Source: a virus
Reading direction: 5' to 3' (one strand)
DNA length: 64,000 nucleotides
Virus record (IMG/VR): IMGVR_UViG_3300049187_000041
The notes beneath the pieces were generated by a model. The model was not told where the DNA came from and ran no database searches. It saw nothing but the letters and a program-made list of their open reading frames with translations. The translations under genes and the position numbers were made by a program. Below, piece by piece: positions 9,182 to 18,628 of this stretch (position 1 is the first letter of the stretch; every line of letters starts with the position of its first letter).

Positions 9182-10084
9182 ATGCCTGACAACAGCATTG
9201 CCTTCTACAGCCAGCAGTACGCCTCGGCTGTCGAACTCGTCGCCCAGCAGATGCGTCCGCGCATCGCGAGCACCTTCACCCCCGAGACCGCCGTCGGCAA
9301 GGCCGCCACGGTCATCAACCTGATCGAGGCCTTCGAGGCCGACGAGCGCACGGGCCTCTACGAGCCCATGGTCGGCACCAACCCCGACCACAAGCGCCCG
9401 TGGGTCTACCCGCGCCACTTCGACAAGGCGGTTCTGTTCGACTCCATCGAGCAGATGCAGATGAACGCCAACCCCCAGAGCGAGTACGTGATGGGCATCG
9501 TGTCGGCGCTCAACCGTAAGCAGGACGACGAGGCCATCCGCGCCTTCTTCGCCGATCGCAACCTGGAGACGAACAACGGCGGCATCGCCACCGACAGCTT
9601 CGCGGCCGGCTTCCAGGTCGGTGTCAGCGTCGGCGGCGCCACCTCGGGCCTCAACGTCGAGAAGATCCAGGCGGCGCTGGAGATCCTGCGCAGCCAGGAA
9701 GTCGGGATCGAGGATGACGAGCAGATCTTCTGCCCAATCAGCCCGAAGCAGGAGCGCAACCTGATGAACGAGATCGAGGTCACCTCGACCGACTTCACCA
9801 GCAAGCGAATCATCGACGCCGGCACCATCGTGGGCAGCAACTACATGGGGATCCAGTGGATCCTCAGCAACCGCCTGCAGACGGACGGCAGTGGCTACCG
9901 CCGCATCCCGTTCTACACGCGCCGCGCCATGGCGTCGTGCGTCTGGAACGGCGGCGCCAAGACCCGCGTGTCCCAGCGCAACGACCTGCGCGGCGAGCCC
10001 TGGCAGGCCTACGGCGACGGCCACTATGGCTCGGTCCGCCGCGACGCCAAGCGCCTGATCGAGATCAAGTGCAACGAGTCCTGA
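9182..10084 (+). CDS. Major capsid protein
   Basis: 300 aa after scaffold; YSQQY...LVAQQ..PR start and G..R.D.K.LIEI end typical of this capsid group. Confidence 0.8.
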   Translation: MPDNSIAFYSQQYASAVELVAQQMRPRIASTFTPETAVGKAATVINLIEAFEADERTGLYEPMVGTNPDHKRPWVYPRHFDKAVLFDSIEQMQMNANPQSEYVMGIVSALNRKQDDEAIRAFFADRNLETNNGGIATDSFAAGFQVGVSVGGATSGLNVEKIQAALEILRSQEVGIEDDEQIFCPISPKQERNLMNEIEVTSTDFTSKRIIDAGTIVGSNYMGIQWILSNRLQTDGSGYRRIPFYTRRAMASCVWNGGAKTRVSQRNDLRGEPWQAYGDGHYGSVRRDAKRLIEIKCNES

Positions 10085-10114
10085 TCCGCTGACCCCAACT
10101 GAAGGAGAACCATC

Positions 10115-10633
10115 ATGGCAGTTGTTGCCCTCAAGAGCACGGCGGTGACGAACGCGAACGCGCTCCCCCGCGTGCAGAACTCCCGCGGCCTGGCCGACGG
10201 CGAGGTCGTTCGCGCAGTCAATGCGATGTCGACCATCACCTCCGGCGACAGCGTCGGCTCGACGTACCGCGTCGGCAAGATCAAGTCCAGCGACTTCATG
10301 GACCGCATCCGCGTCACCACGACCGCAGACATGGGCACCACGACCGCTGCGGACCTGGGCCTCTACGACCTGCTGACGCACCCGAACGGCGGCACGGTGG
10401 TGGACGTCGACTTCTTCGCCTCGGCGGTGTCCTTCAACGGCGGCGCCATCGACTCGGACATCACCGACGAGGCGGCTGCGGCCGGCGGCCTGATCGCCAA
10501 CGGCGAGAAGCGCGTGTGGGAGATGCTGGGCCTGTCGTCTGACCCCGGCAAGGAGTACGACGTCGCATGGACCCTGACCGGCGCCTGCGACGGCACCGGC
10601 TCCGTCCGGACCCGCGTCTACGTCGTTCGCTGA
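10115..10633 (+). CDS. Capsid cement/decoration protein
   Basis: GAAGGAG RBS; beta-rich; follows capsid, precedes terminator. Confidence 0.6.
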   Translation: MAVVALKSTAVTNANALPRVQNSRGLADGEVVRAVNAMSTITSGDSVGSTYRVGKIKSSDFMDRIRVTTTADMGTTTAADLGLYDLLTHPNGGTVVDVDFFASAVSFNGGAIDSDITDEAAAAGGLIANGEKRVWEMLGLSSDPGKEYDVAWTLTGACDGTGSVRTRVYVVR

Positions 10634-10639
10634 CCCAAC

Positions 10640-10666
10640 GACCGGGGCTTCGGCCCCGGTCTTTCC
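10640..10666 (+). terminator. Rho-independent terminator
   Basis: GACCGGGGC-TTCG-GCCCCGGTC followed by TTT. Confidence 0.75.
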
Positions 10667-10681
10667 ATCTGGAGGCCAGCA

Positions 10682-10876
10682 ATGGCGGATCGCTTCTACA
10701 GCGTGAACTTCGGCCAGGATAAGACCCAGGTCGCCGAGACCGCGTCCACCACGGCCGGCGCGCACGTCGAGGTGCGTGTCACCTACGACGCCACCAACAA
10801 CAGCAAGGGCGCCGCGATTCGCGCGCTGGAGCTGCTCATGGCTCGGGTGCTCGAAGACACCTGGCCGCCGAACTGA
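10682..10876 (+). CDS. Small hypothetical structural-region protein
   Basis: GGAGG RBS; 64 aa. Confidence 0.7.
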   Translation: MADRFYSVNFGQDKTQVAETASTTAGAHVEVRVTYDATNNSKGAAIRALELLMARVLEDTWPPN

Positions 10877-10886
10877 GGAGGCCTCG

Positions 10887-11156
10887 ATGCCGCGACTTCT
10901 CGAAAACGCAGGCGCTGGCAACGGCGCCTCTTTCCTTTGGGGCGGTGGCCGGGGCATGTTCTCGGCCGTGGCCACCTGGGGCGGCGGCAACGTCCAGCTC
11001 CAGTACATGGGGCCCGACGACGCCACATGGCTGAACGTCGGCGCCGCCATCTCCGCGAACGGCTGGGCGCTGTTCGAGTTGCCGCCGGGCCGCATCCGGG
11101 CCGTCGTCACGACAGCGACAGGCTGCTACGCCGACGCCAACCAAACCAAGGGGTAA
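10887..11156 (+). CDS. Small beta-rich virion protein
   Basis: GAGGAGG RBS; ATWGGGNVQLQY..PD..TW; F.LPPGRIR. Confidence 0.7.
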   Translation: MPRLLENAGAGNGASFLWGGGRGMFSAVATWGGGNVQLQYMGPDDATWLNVGAAISANGWALFELPPGRIRAVVTTATGCYADANQTKG

Positions 11157-11159
11157 GAG

Positions 11160-12482
11160 ATGCCGCAGACCTACACACCTATCGCAGGCTTGCGCAAGAA
11201 GATCGACGCGACCAGTGGCGCCATTCTCGACATCGTCGATCAGAACGGCGATTCCCTAGGCTTGGTGTCAGGGGCTGGGCTTTCCAAGCTGGTGGGCGAC
11301 CAGGTTGCGGCTTCGAGCGGCACGCCGACCAGCGCCGTAGGTGCGGCCGGCAGCCTGACAGGCGCCTACTACTACACCGTCACCTTCGTCACGGCGCAGG
11401 GTGAAACCGCCCCCTGGCCCGGCACGGCAACGGTCGTCAATCCGTCGTCGCAGCAGGTCAACCTCACCTCCATCCCCATCGGCCCGGCCGGCACGACGGC
11501 ACGCCGCATCTATCGCACGCCCGCCACTCCGACCGATCCGAAGGACTACCGCTTCCTGGTCGAGATCAGCGACAACACGACGACTACTTACACCGACAAC
11601 ACCGCAGACGGCTCGCTTGGCAGCCCGGCGAACTGGAACGCGACCAACCGTGGCGTCGTCACGGACGGCTCCGTCCCGCTTCTGCGCGCCAGCGACCAGA
11701 GCACCGGCGTTGGCTACCAAGCGTTCAACAACAACGTCGGCTATGCCTCCACTGCGGTGGGCTACCAGTCGCTGTACTCCTGCACAACCGGCCGCCGAAA
11801 TGTTGCCGTCGGCACCTATTCGCTCACGACGCTGACAACCGGCTATGAAAACGTCGGCGCGGGTACGCATGCCGGCCAATCCATCACGACGGGCATCCAG
11901 AACACGCTCCTCGGCTATAGCGCCGGCTTCAATGTCACGACGCAGGGCGGCAACACCTTCGTCGGCAACTCGTCCGGGTCGAACGCGGGCCTGGGCGGCA
12001 CGTCGCAGTTCAACACGGCGCTGGGTCGCGATTCGCTTCGCGGCACAGCCAGCGGCTTGGGCCAGCTCAACGTGGGCATCGGCTACTTCGCGCTGCGCGA
12101 CATCAACACCGCCGACCAGTGCGCGGCGCTCGGGCCGTATGCCGGCCGCTATGCCAATGCCAGCCGGCAGCTGTTCGTCGACACAGGCGGCGACCGCACC
12201 AACATCGCCAATTGCCAAAACATCGGCCTGATCTACGGCAAGGGCGAGACGACCGCGGCGGCTCAGGTCCTGCACCTCAATGCCCAGGTTCGCATCGGCG
12301 CGGGTGACGCGCCGGTCGTTGCCGGACTGCCGGCCGCTGCCTCTGGCTACAAGGGGTATCGCGGATACGTCACTGACGCCACCGTGGCCTACACGTCGGC
12401 AAACGTCGGCAGCACCGTCGCCGGTGGCGGCTCCAACACCGTGCCGGTGTTCTGCAACGGCACCAACTGGGTGATCGGCTGA
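11160..12482 (+). CDS. Head-fibre-like protein: short anchor + FN3-like domain + beta-roll (TAVGYQSL-type) repeats
   Basis: Repeats STAVGYQSL / NVAVGTYSL / NVGAGTHAG / NTLLGYSAG / NTALGRDSL; C-terminal CNGTNW. Confidence 0.65.
   Translation: MPQTYTPIAGLRKKIDATSGAILDIVDQNGDSLGLVSGAGLSKLVGDQVAASSGTPTSAVGAAGSLTGAYYYTVTFVTAQGETAPWPGTATVVNPSSQQVNLTSIPIGPAGTTARRIYRTPATPTDPKDYRFLVEISDNTTTTYTDNTADGSLGSPANWNATNRGVVTDGSVPLLRASDQSTGVGYQAFNNNVGYASTAVGYQSLYSCTTGRRNVAVGTYSLTTLTTGYENVGAGTHAGQSITTGIQNTLLGYSAGFNVTTQGGNTFVGNSSGSNAGLGGTSQFNTALGRDSLRGTASGLGQLNVGIGYFALRDINTADQCAALGPYAGRYANASRQLFVDTGGDRTNIANCQNIGLIYGKGETTAAAQVLHLNAQVRIGAGDAPVVAGLPAAASGYKGYRGYVTDATVAYTSANVGSTVAGGGSNTVPVFCNGTNWVIG
11261..11280 (+). 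other. Left cassette-junction motif (LVSG), phage 1
   Basis: CTTGGTGTCAGGGG identical to 53383-53396. Confidence 0.6.
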
Positions 12483-12489
12483 CGCCGAA

Positions 12490-12507
12490 TTTCAAGCCCC
12501 TGCCGGT
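12490..12507 (+). other. Right cassette-junction motif, phage 1
   Basis: CAAGCCCCTGCCGGT (12493-12507) identical to 54824-54838; intergenic. Confidence 0.6.
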
Positions 12508-12516
12508 ATCCATCAA

Positions 12517-13119
12517 ATGGCCTCCCAAGTCGAGATCTGTAACCAAGCGCTGACCAAGGCAGGCGCAGCTCGCATCGTCAGCCTGAACGACGAGACCGAG
12601 TCGGCCGGCGTGCTGCGCACGATCTACAACGTCAAGCTCGACGCCGAGCTGGCTGCGCAGCCCTGGACCTTCGCCATCAAGCGCCAGCAGCTGCCGGCCA
12701 GCAGCACGGCACCGCTGTTCGGCTGGGCTCGCGCATTTCCAGTGCCGGCCGACTACCTGGCCATGGTGGAGGTTGGCGAGAACTACGTGTTCTACGACTC
12801 CAATGCCGGCGCGCTGTTCCAGCTGGAGGGCAGCGACAGCGGCATGCAGATCCTGACCGACCAGGGCTCGCCGCTGAACGTCCGCTACGTGCGCCGCGTG
12901 ACGACGCCGGGCCTGTTCCCGGCACTGTTCGTCGAGGCCTTCGCTTGCCGCCTGGCTGCCGAGATCTGTGAGCGCCTGACGCAGAACCAGAGCAAGCGTG
13001 AGCTGGCTTGGCAGGAGCGGGAGCGCGCCATCCGCGACGCGCGCCGCGTCAACGCCATCGAGCAGCCGCCGCGGCAAGTCCCGCCGAGCAGCTGGCTGCG
13101 CGCACTGACGGAGGGTTGA
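12517..13119 (+). CDS. Tail tubular protein A (T7 gp11-like adaptor)
   Basis: S.VEICNQAL..G; PWTFAIKR..L; LF.EAFACRLAAEI. Confidence 0.88.
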   Translation: MASQVEICNQALTKAGAARIVSLNDETESAGVLRTIYNVKLDAELAAQPWTFAIKRQQLPASSTAPLFGWARAFPVPADYLAMVEVGENYVFYDSNAGALFQLEGSDSGMQILTDQGSPLNVRYVRRVTTPGLFPALFVEAFACRLAAEICERLTQNQSKRELAWQERERAIRDARRVNAIEQPPRQVPPSSWLRALTEG

Positions 13120-15326
13120 TGAAGTCCTCTCCGATGCAGACGTCGTTCAACGGCGGCGAGCTGTCGCCCTACATCGCGGGACGGCCCGATGTGGCCAAGT
13201 ACGCCAGCGGCTGCAAGCGCATGGAGAACTTCCTGCCAGCCGTGCAGGGCCCAGCCTTCACGCGTCCCGGCTTCGTCTTCTGCGCCGAGGTGAAGGACAG
13301 CGGCGACCGCTGCTGGCTCGTGCGATTCGAGTTCGGCGTCGAGGACTCCTACATGCTGGAGTTCGGCGATGGCTACGTGCGCTTCTTCTACAACCACGGC
13401 CAGGTGGTCACTGGGCCGTCGACGCCCTACGAGATCGTGTCGCCATACACCGCGGCCGAACTGACCAACGCCGACGGCTCCTGCGCGCTGCGCTACGTGC
13501 AGACCGGGGATGTCGTCTACCTGGTGCACCCGTCTCACCCGCCTTACAAGCTGTCGCGCCTGGCGCCCACCAATTGGACACTGGACGCGGTGGACTTCGC
13601 GCCGCCCCCCTTCAAGGCGCAGAACATCACCACCACCACCATCTACGCTGGAGCCAAGACCGGCGCGACGACGCTGGTGGCCAGCGCCGCGGTCTTCACC
13701 TCAGACATGGTCGGGCAGCAGATCTACCTTGGCGAGAAGGACGTCCGCGACACCAAGCAATGGGAGGCGGACAAGCCGATTGCCATCGGCGACCTGCGAC
13801 GCAGCGACGGCAAAAACTACCGCGCCCTGAACTCGGCGACGACCGGCAGCGTCAAGCCGACGCACGCCATCGGCGCAGCCTACGATGGCGACAACGGGGT
13901 GCAGTGGCAGTTCGAGGATGCGGGCTACGGCTGGGCCGAGATCACCGCCTTCACCGACTCGACGCACGTCAGCGCGACCGTTATTTCCCAAATCCCGGCC
14001 GGCGCCGTCGGCAGCGGCAACGCCACCACGCGCTGGGCGCTGCAGGCCTGGAACGCGACGGACGGCTACCCGACGTCCGTCACCTTCTTCCGAGAACGCC
14101 TGGTGTTCGCGCGCGACGAGACCGTGTGGTTCAGCGTCTCCGCCGATTTCGAGAACTTCGCCACCCAGATCGACGGCGTGACCACGGCGGACGCCGGCTT
14201 CGAGCGCACGCTGTCCAGCGACGGCGTCAACGCCATTCGCTGGATGTCGCCCGGCGACGTGCTGCTGGTTGGCACCTCCGGCGACGAGTGGGCCGTGGTA
14301 GAGGCGACGACATCAGACCCATTCGGCCCCCAGAACTGCAAAGCGCAGCGCCAGAGCAAGTACGGCAGCAACCGCGTGCAGCCGCAGCGCGTCGGCAGCG
14401 ACACCCTGTTCGTGCAGAAGGCGGGCCGCAAGGTGCGCGCCATGGCCTTTCGATTCGAGGAGGATGGTTTCGAGAGCCCGGACGTCACGAAGTTCGCGCA
14501 CCACATCCCAAAGCCCGGGCTGGTGGACGCCGCCTTCCAGCAGGAGCCTTGGTCTGTGGTCTGGGGCGCGCGCAGCGACGGCAAGCTCGTGGCCCTCACC
14601 TTCGACCGAGAGCACGACGTCGTCGCCTGGACGCGGCACCCGATGACCGGCGCCAGTGTCGAGTGCGTCGAGACCATCCCAGCGCCCGACGGCTCGCGCG
14701 ACGACCTCTGGCTGATCGCCCGCTACACCATCGCCGGCGTCACGCGCCGCTACGTCGCGTACATGGGCAAGGAGCAAGACGAGACCGACGAGATGGACCA
14801 GGCGGATTGGTGCTACTCCGACATGCTGCTGACCTACGACGGCGCGCCAGCCACCACCATCAGCGGGCTGGGCCACCTGGAAGGCCAGGCGGTTTGGGTG
14901 CTCTCCGACGGCGCCCGCCATCCGGACCGCACCGTCACAGGCGGTCAGATCACGCTGCAGCGCGCGGCATCCAAGGTGCAGGTCGGCCTGCCCTGCGAAG
15001 GATTCCTGCAGCCCATGGATATGGAAGGTGGCAGCGGCAACGGCACCAGCCAGGGCAAGACCAAGCGCCCCAACGTCATGGTCATCCGCGTCGACAACTC
15101 TCTGGGCGGCACCGCGGGCCGCTCCGAGGAGACGCTGAAGGAAATGAAGTACCGCAACACCAGCGTCCCCATGGGCAGCCCGCCGCCGGCCTTCACCGGC
15201 GACATCGAGATGGAGTGGGATGGCGACTACGAGAAGTCCATGCCCATCGTCATCAAGAAGGACCGGCCCATGCCGCTGACGGTGGTCGCCGTCATGCCGC
15301 AGGCCTTGGTGTCGGAGGGTCGGTGA
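13119..15326 (+). CDS. Tail tubular protein B (T7 gp12-like nozzle)
   Basis: QTSFNGGELSP start; YP..VTFF.ERL; follows tubular A. Confidence 0.9.
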   Translation: MKSSPMQTSFNGGELSPYIAGRPDVAKYASGCKRMENFLPAVQGPAFTRPGFVFCAEVKDSGDRCWLVRFEFGVEDSYMLEFGDGYVRFFYNHGQVVTGPSTPYEIVSPYTAAELTNADGSCALRYVQTGDVVYLVHPSHPPYKLSRLAPTNWTLDAVDFAPPPFKAQNITTTTIYAGAKTGATTLVASAAVFTSDMVGQQIYLGEKDVRDTKQWEADKPIAIGDLRRSDGKNYRALNSATTGSVKPTHAIGAAYDGDNGVQWQFEDAGYGWAEITAFTDSTHVSATVISQIPAGAVGSGNATTRWALQAWNATDGYPTSVTFFRERLVFARDETVWFSVSADFENFATQIDGVTTADAGFERTLSSDGVNAIRWMSPGDVLLVGTSGDEWAVVEATTSDPFGPQNCKAQRQSKYGSNRVQPQRVGSDTLFVQKAGRKVRAMAFRFEEDGFESPDVTKFAHHIPKPGLVDAAFQQEPWSVVWGARSDGKLVALTFDREHDVVAWTRHPMTGASVECVETIPAPDGSRDDLWLIARYTIAGVTRRYVAYMGKEQDETDEMDQADWCYSDMLLTYDGAPATTISGLGHLEGQAVWVLSDGARHPDRTVTGGQITLQRAASKVQVGLPCEGFLQPMDMEGGSGNGTSQGKTKRPNVMVIRVDNSLGGTAGRSEETLKEMKYRNTSVPMGSPPPAFTGDIEMEWDGDYEKSMPIVIKKDRPMPLTVVAVMPQALVSEGR

Positions 15327-15550
15327 AGCCGACGCTTGGCGACGACATCGAGTCGGGCCGGCTGGTGCTGGGCGGCCTGGGCGCCGCCTCTACCGGCCCG
15401 CGGGCCAACGCCATGCAGGGCGGTGGGGCCTTGCTGCACCTGACGCGCCTCAAGCGCATCGCGCCGGCACCGCCCACCGGGCCGCGCACGTCGCCCTCTC
15501 CGGGCGGCGGTGGCTACGGAGGCGGACGCATCTACGAGCAGGAACGGTGA
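15323..15550 (+). CDS. 75-aa Gly/Pro-rich hypothetical protein
   Basis: GTGA overlaps at both ends; no counterpart in phage 2. Confidence 0.45.
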   Translation: MKPTLGDDIESGRLVLGGLGAASTGPRANAMQGGGALLHLTRLKRIAPAPPTGPRTSPSPGGGGYGGGRIYEQER

Positions 15551-15960
15551 TCGACGTCCGCCCGTTCATGCCTGGCGACCTGCAGAACTTGCGAGTGCAG
15601 CGACAGCAGGCCGAAGAGCTGGCATCGCACCGCGATGCACCCGTGGGCCAGGCCTGGACGTTTCTGGTCAACGCCGAGCCGATCTGCTGCTCTGGGCTGA
15701 TCGAGCTTTGGGCCGGCCGCGCCTATGCCTGGGCGCTGCTGTCCGAGCGCGCCGGCCCGCACATGCTGGCGCTGACCAGGGAAATGCGTTCGGGCTTTAT
15801 CCGGACACCATTCGCCCGGATCGAGATGGCGGTCGACGCCAACTTCGCCCAGGGCCGCCGGTGGGCTGAGCTGCTGGGATTCAACTGCGAGACGCCCCAG
15901 CCAATGCGCCACTACCTACCCAACGGGCACGATGCCTATCTCTACGCGAGGATCGCATGA
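15547..15960 (+). CDS. GNAT-fold virion-assembly protein (T7 gp13-like)
   Basis: GRAYAWALLS...RWAELLGF; same position as 57759-58229. Confidence 0.7.
   Translation: MIDVRPFMPGDLQNLRVQRQQAEELASHRDAPVGQAWTFLVNAEPICCSGLIELWAGRAYAWALLSERAGPHMLALTREMRSGFIRTPFARIEMAVDANFAQGRRWAELLGFNCETPQPMRHYLPNGHDAYLYARIA
15777..15814 (+). promoter_or_regulatory. Phage 1 late-promoter motif, degenerate intragenic copy
   Basis: CAGGGAAATGCGTTCGGG-N11-CACCATTCG; same spacing as other copies. Confidence 0.5.
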
Positions 15961-16409
15961 GCGGCTTCATGGAGCTGATCGGCCAAGGTGTCGGCATGAT
16001 GGGCGGCATCTACGACACCAACAGCGCTGGCGTTGACGCCGCGCAGTCCAAGGAGGGCGGCTACCGCACCGCCTCCGCGAACGAGGACCGCATCCGCCGC
16101 GCCAACGCCCGCCGCCTTGGCGAGCAACGCGCTGCGGCCGCTCAGTCTGGCTTCGACCCGAACTCCGGGTCCATCGCGCAGCTGCAAGGTGAGAGCGCAG
16201 GCGAGGGCGAACTGGACGCGCTGACCGAGCGCTACAAGGGCGACTTGAACGCCTGGCGCATGGACGAGCAGACCTCCCGCCAGCAGGAGAAGCTGGCCTA
16301 CCTGCTGGATCCGGTGTTCCACGGCAGCAAGAGCGGCAGCCTGCTCTTTGGCGGCGGCGTGTCCTACTTCGGCGGCAAGCGAGCCCGTCGCCTCGGGGGG
16401 AAGACCTGA
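15957..16409 (+). CDS. Small internal virion protein (gp14-like)
   Basis: G.QRAAAAQSGFD.NSGS motif; ATGA overlap. Confidence 0.75.
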   Translation: MSGFMELIGQGVGMMGGIYDTNSAGVDAAQSKEGGYRTASANEDRIRRANARRLGEQRAAAAQSGFDPNSGSIAQLQGESAGEGELDALTERYKGDLNAWRMDEQTSRQQEKLAYLLDPVFHGSKSGSLLFGGGVSYFGGKRARRLGGKT

Positions 16410-18628
16410 TGCCGTCCTTGCCCATCACCCAGATCCAGTCGCGCACACTGCTGCCCGATGCATCGCTCGACGCCAGCCGCAACAACGTCACCGGCGTCGC
16501 CCAGAGCATCGCCAACATAGTGACCTCGGCCGTGTCCATCGGCCAGCGCGACGCCGATCGCGAGCGCCAGATCCGCGAGGAGAAGCAGCAACGCCAGCAG
16601 GCCAACGAGGCCGACGTCCAGATCATCAACGCCCAGAGCCGCCTGCAGTTACGGGCGCAGGAGCGGCTGCGCGAGCTGGAGGGTTCCGAGCAGGGGCTGG
16701 CCGGGGCCACGGACACCCTGCTGAAGGAGTTCGACACCTGGGCAAAGGACGAGGACACGGCCGCGAGCTCGATGGCCAAGCCCAGGCTGGCAAGCGCGCT
16801 GGCGCGGATGCGCGGCCAGCTGAACGAGCAGGTCTACAACGCCGAGACCGGCTACCGGCAGAAGAAGATCGCGACCGACTTCAGCGCCGGCCTGGACGAC
16901 GACCGCCGCCTTGTCTATGCGAACCCGGCCGCCTTCGCCGACGCGCTTGCCCGCCGCCGCGCACTGGCGCAGTCGCTGTCGCTGCCGGAGGCGGCCAAGG
17001 CAGAGCTCGATCGTCATGCGTCCGAGACGCTGGCCGCAGGCGCCGCCACATCGCTGGCCGAGAACTCGCCGCAGCAGCTGCTGGACCGGGCCGGCAACGG
17101 CGACCCAGCCAAGGCCGAGAAGGCGGTGAAGGACGACCCGATCCTGTCCAAGCTCTCGCCCGAGGCCCTGCGGTCGACGCTTCACCTGGCGCGCACTGAA
17201 CTGAGCCGACGCGCCGCAGAGGGCCGCTACGACGTCGCCATGCGCACGAAGGATACGCAGTCCATGGTCATGGCAGGCGTGGCCGTGCCGCCCAACGTCG
17301 CACCCACGGTCGAGGAGTACACCCGCTTGCACGGCGCCAGCGGCCCGGCCATGTGGCAGCAAGAGGTCGGCAACTACCTGGAGATCGGCGGCGCCATCCA
17401 GCAAATGCGCACCGCCAGCGCCGTCGAGCGCGCGCAGATCGTCGAGGCACAGAAGCCCGCGGCCGGCGCAGGATTCGCTGGCAACGCCCAGAAGTTCGAG
17501 GCCGTCCAGCAGGCGCAGAAGCTGGTCGAGAAGCAGATCGCCGCGGATCCCGCGGCCTACGCCGCCGCCACGTCGCCACGCGTGCAGGAGGCGCAGCGCC
17601 AGCTGAATGAGGTGCTGAGCGAGGTGTCCGCGCCCGGCACCGTGTTCGGCTCGCCCACCTCGCGACAGGCGGCCATCGCCAACGCCGTCCAGCGCTACGC
17701 CTCGACCAGCATGGCCGAGCAGGAGAGGCTGGGCGTCAGCGTCATCCGCGACGACGTCGCCGGCAACAAGCCGCGCGGCCCCAAGCTGTTGACGAACATG
17801 CAGGCCAACGCCATCAGCGACCAGTTCAACCAGGGCGGCGCCAATGCCGCCGAGCTGGTCCAGGGGCTGGAACAGTCGTGGGGCAAGTACTGGCCGCAGG
17901 TCTACGCTCAGCTGGCCGGCGACAACAAGCTGCCGCCCGCGGCGCTGATCATCCCGAACATGCCCAACGATGCCAGCCGCCTGCGGATGGCCGAGGTGGC
18001 GAAGATGAAGCCCGACGACCTCAAGGCGCTGGTGAAGCCCGGCGACCTCAAGGATTTGCGCGATGCCGTGTTGACCCAGTTCGACGAGGCACAGCGCACC
18101 TTCGCGGCCCAGGGTGCATCTGGCCGCTCAACGCTGGCCACGGTGATGGAGCAAGCGGAGAAGCTGGCCACCTACTACATGGGAAACGGTCAGTCGGCCA
18201 AGGCTGCGGCCAAGCAGGCCTACACCGAGACCATGGGCCGCCGGTACCAGTGGGGCGACACCTACCGCGTGCCGAAGACCGTCGACATGCCGGCCATCCG
18301 CCGCGGCACCGATGCCGCGGTCGAGGAGTTGGTGAAGACCGGCCAGGCCAAGGTCTTTGCCGGCGACGCGCCGCAGTTGCTGGCTGACGACGTGCTGCGC
18401 ACTCGGGCGATGTGGATCACCAACAGCGACGAGAGCGGCCTGGAACTGCGCCTGCGCGGCGCCGACGGCGGCGTCTACGCGGTGCTGGGGCCCGACGGCC
18501 GGCCGGTGGCGCGCAGCTGGGCCGACCTCACGACCAAGGCCGCCACCGCCAAGACCGTGGACGACACGCGCGAGGGCCAAGAGGAGTGGATGCGCCGGCG
18601 CCAGCAAGAACTCAACCCGCGCCGCTGA
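16409..18628 (+). CDS. Internal virion (ejection) protein
   Basis: 739 aa, helical, Ala/Gln-rich; position in cluster. Confidence 0.7.
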   Translation: MPSLPITQIQSRTLLPDASLDASRNNVTGVAQSIANIVTSAVSIGQRDADRERQIREEKQQRQQANEADVQIINAQSRLQLRAQERLRELEGSEQGLAGATDTLLKEFDTWAKDEDTAASSMAKPRLASALARMRGQLNEQVYNAETGYRQKKIATDFSAGLDDDRRLVYANPAAFADALARRRALAQSLSLPEAAKAELDRHASETLAAGAATSLAENSPQQLLDRAGNGDPAKAEKAVKDDPILSKLSPEALRSTLHLARTELSRRAAEGRYDVAMRTKDTQSMVMAGVAVPPNVAPTVEEYTRLHGASGPAMWQQEVGNYLEIGGAIQQMRTASAVERAQIVEAQKPAAGAGFAGNAQKFEAVQQAQKLVEKQIAADPAAYAAATSPRVQEAQRQLNEVLSEVSAPGTVFGSPTSRQAAIANAVQRYASTSMAEQERLGVSVIRDDVAGNKPRGPKLLTNMQANAISDQFNQGGANAAELVQGLEQSWGKYWPQVYAQLAGDNKLPPAALIIPNMPNDASRLRMAEVAKMKPDDLKALVKPGDLKDLRDAVLTQFDEAQRTFAAQGASGRSTLATVMEQAEKLATYYMGNGQSAKAAAKQAYTETMGRRYQWGDTYRVPKTVDMPAIRRGTDAAVEELVKTGQAKVFAGDAPQLLADDVLRTRAMWITNSDESGLELRLRGADGGVYAVLGPDGRPVARSWADLTTKAATAKTVDDTREGQEEWMRRRQQELNPRR

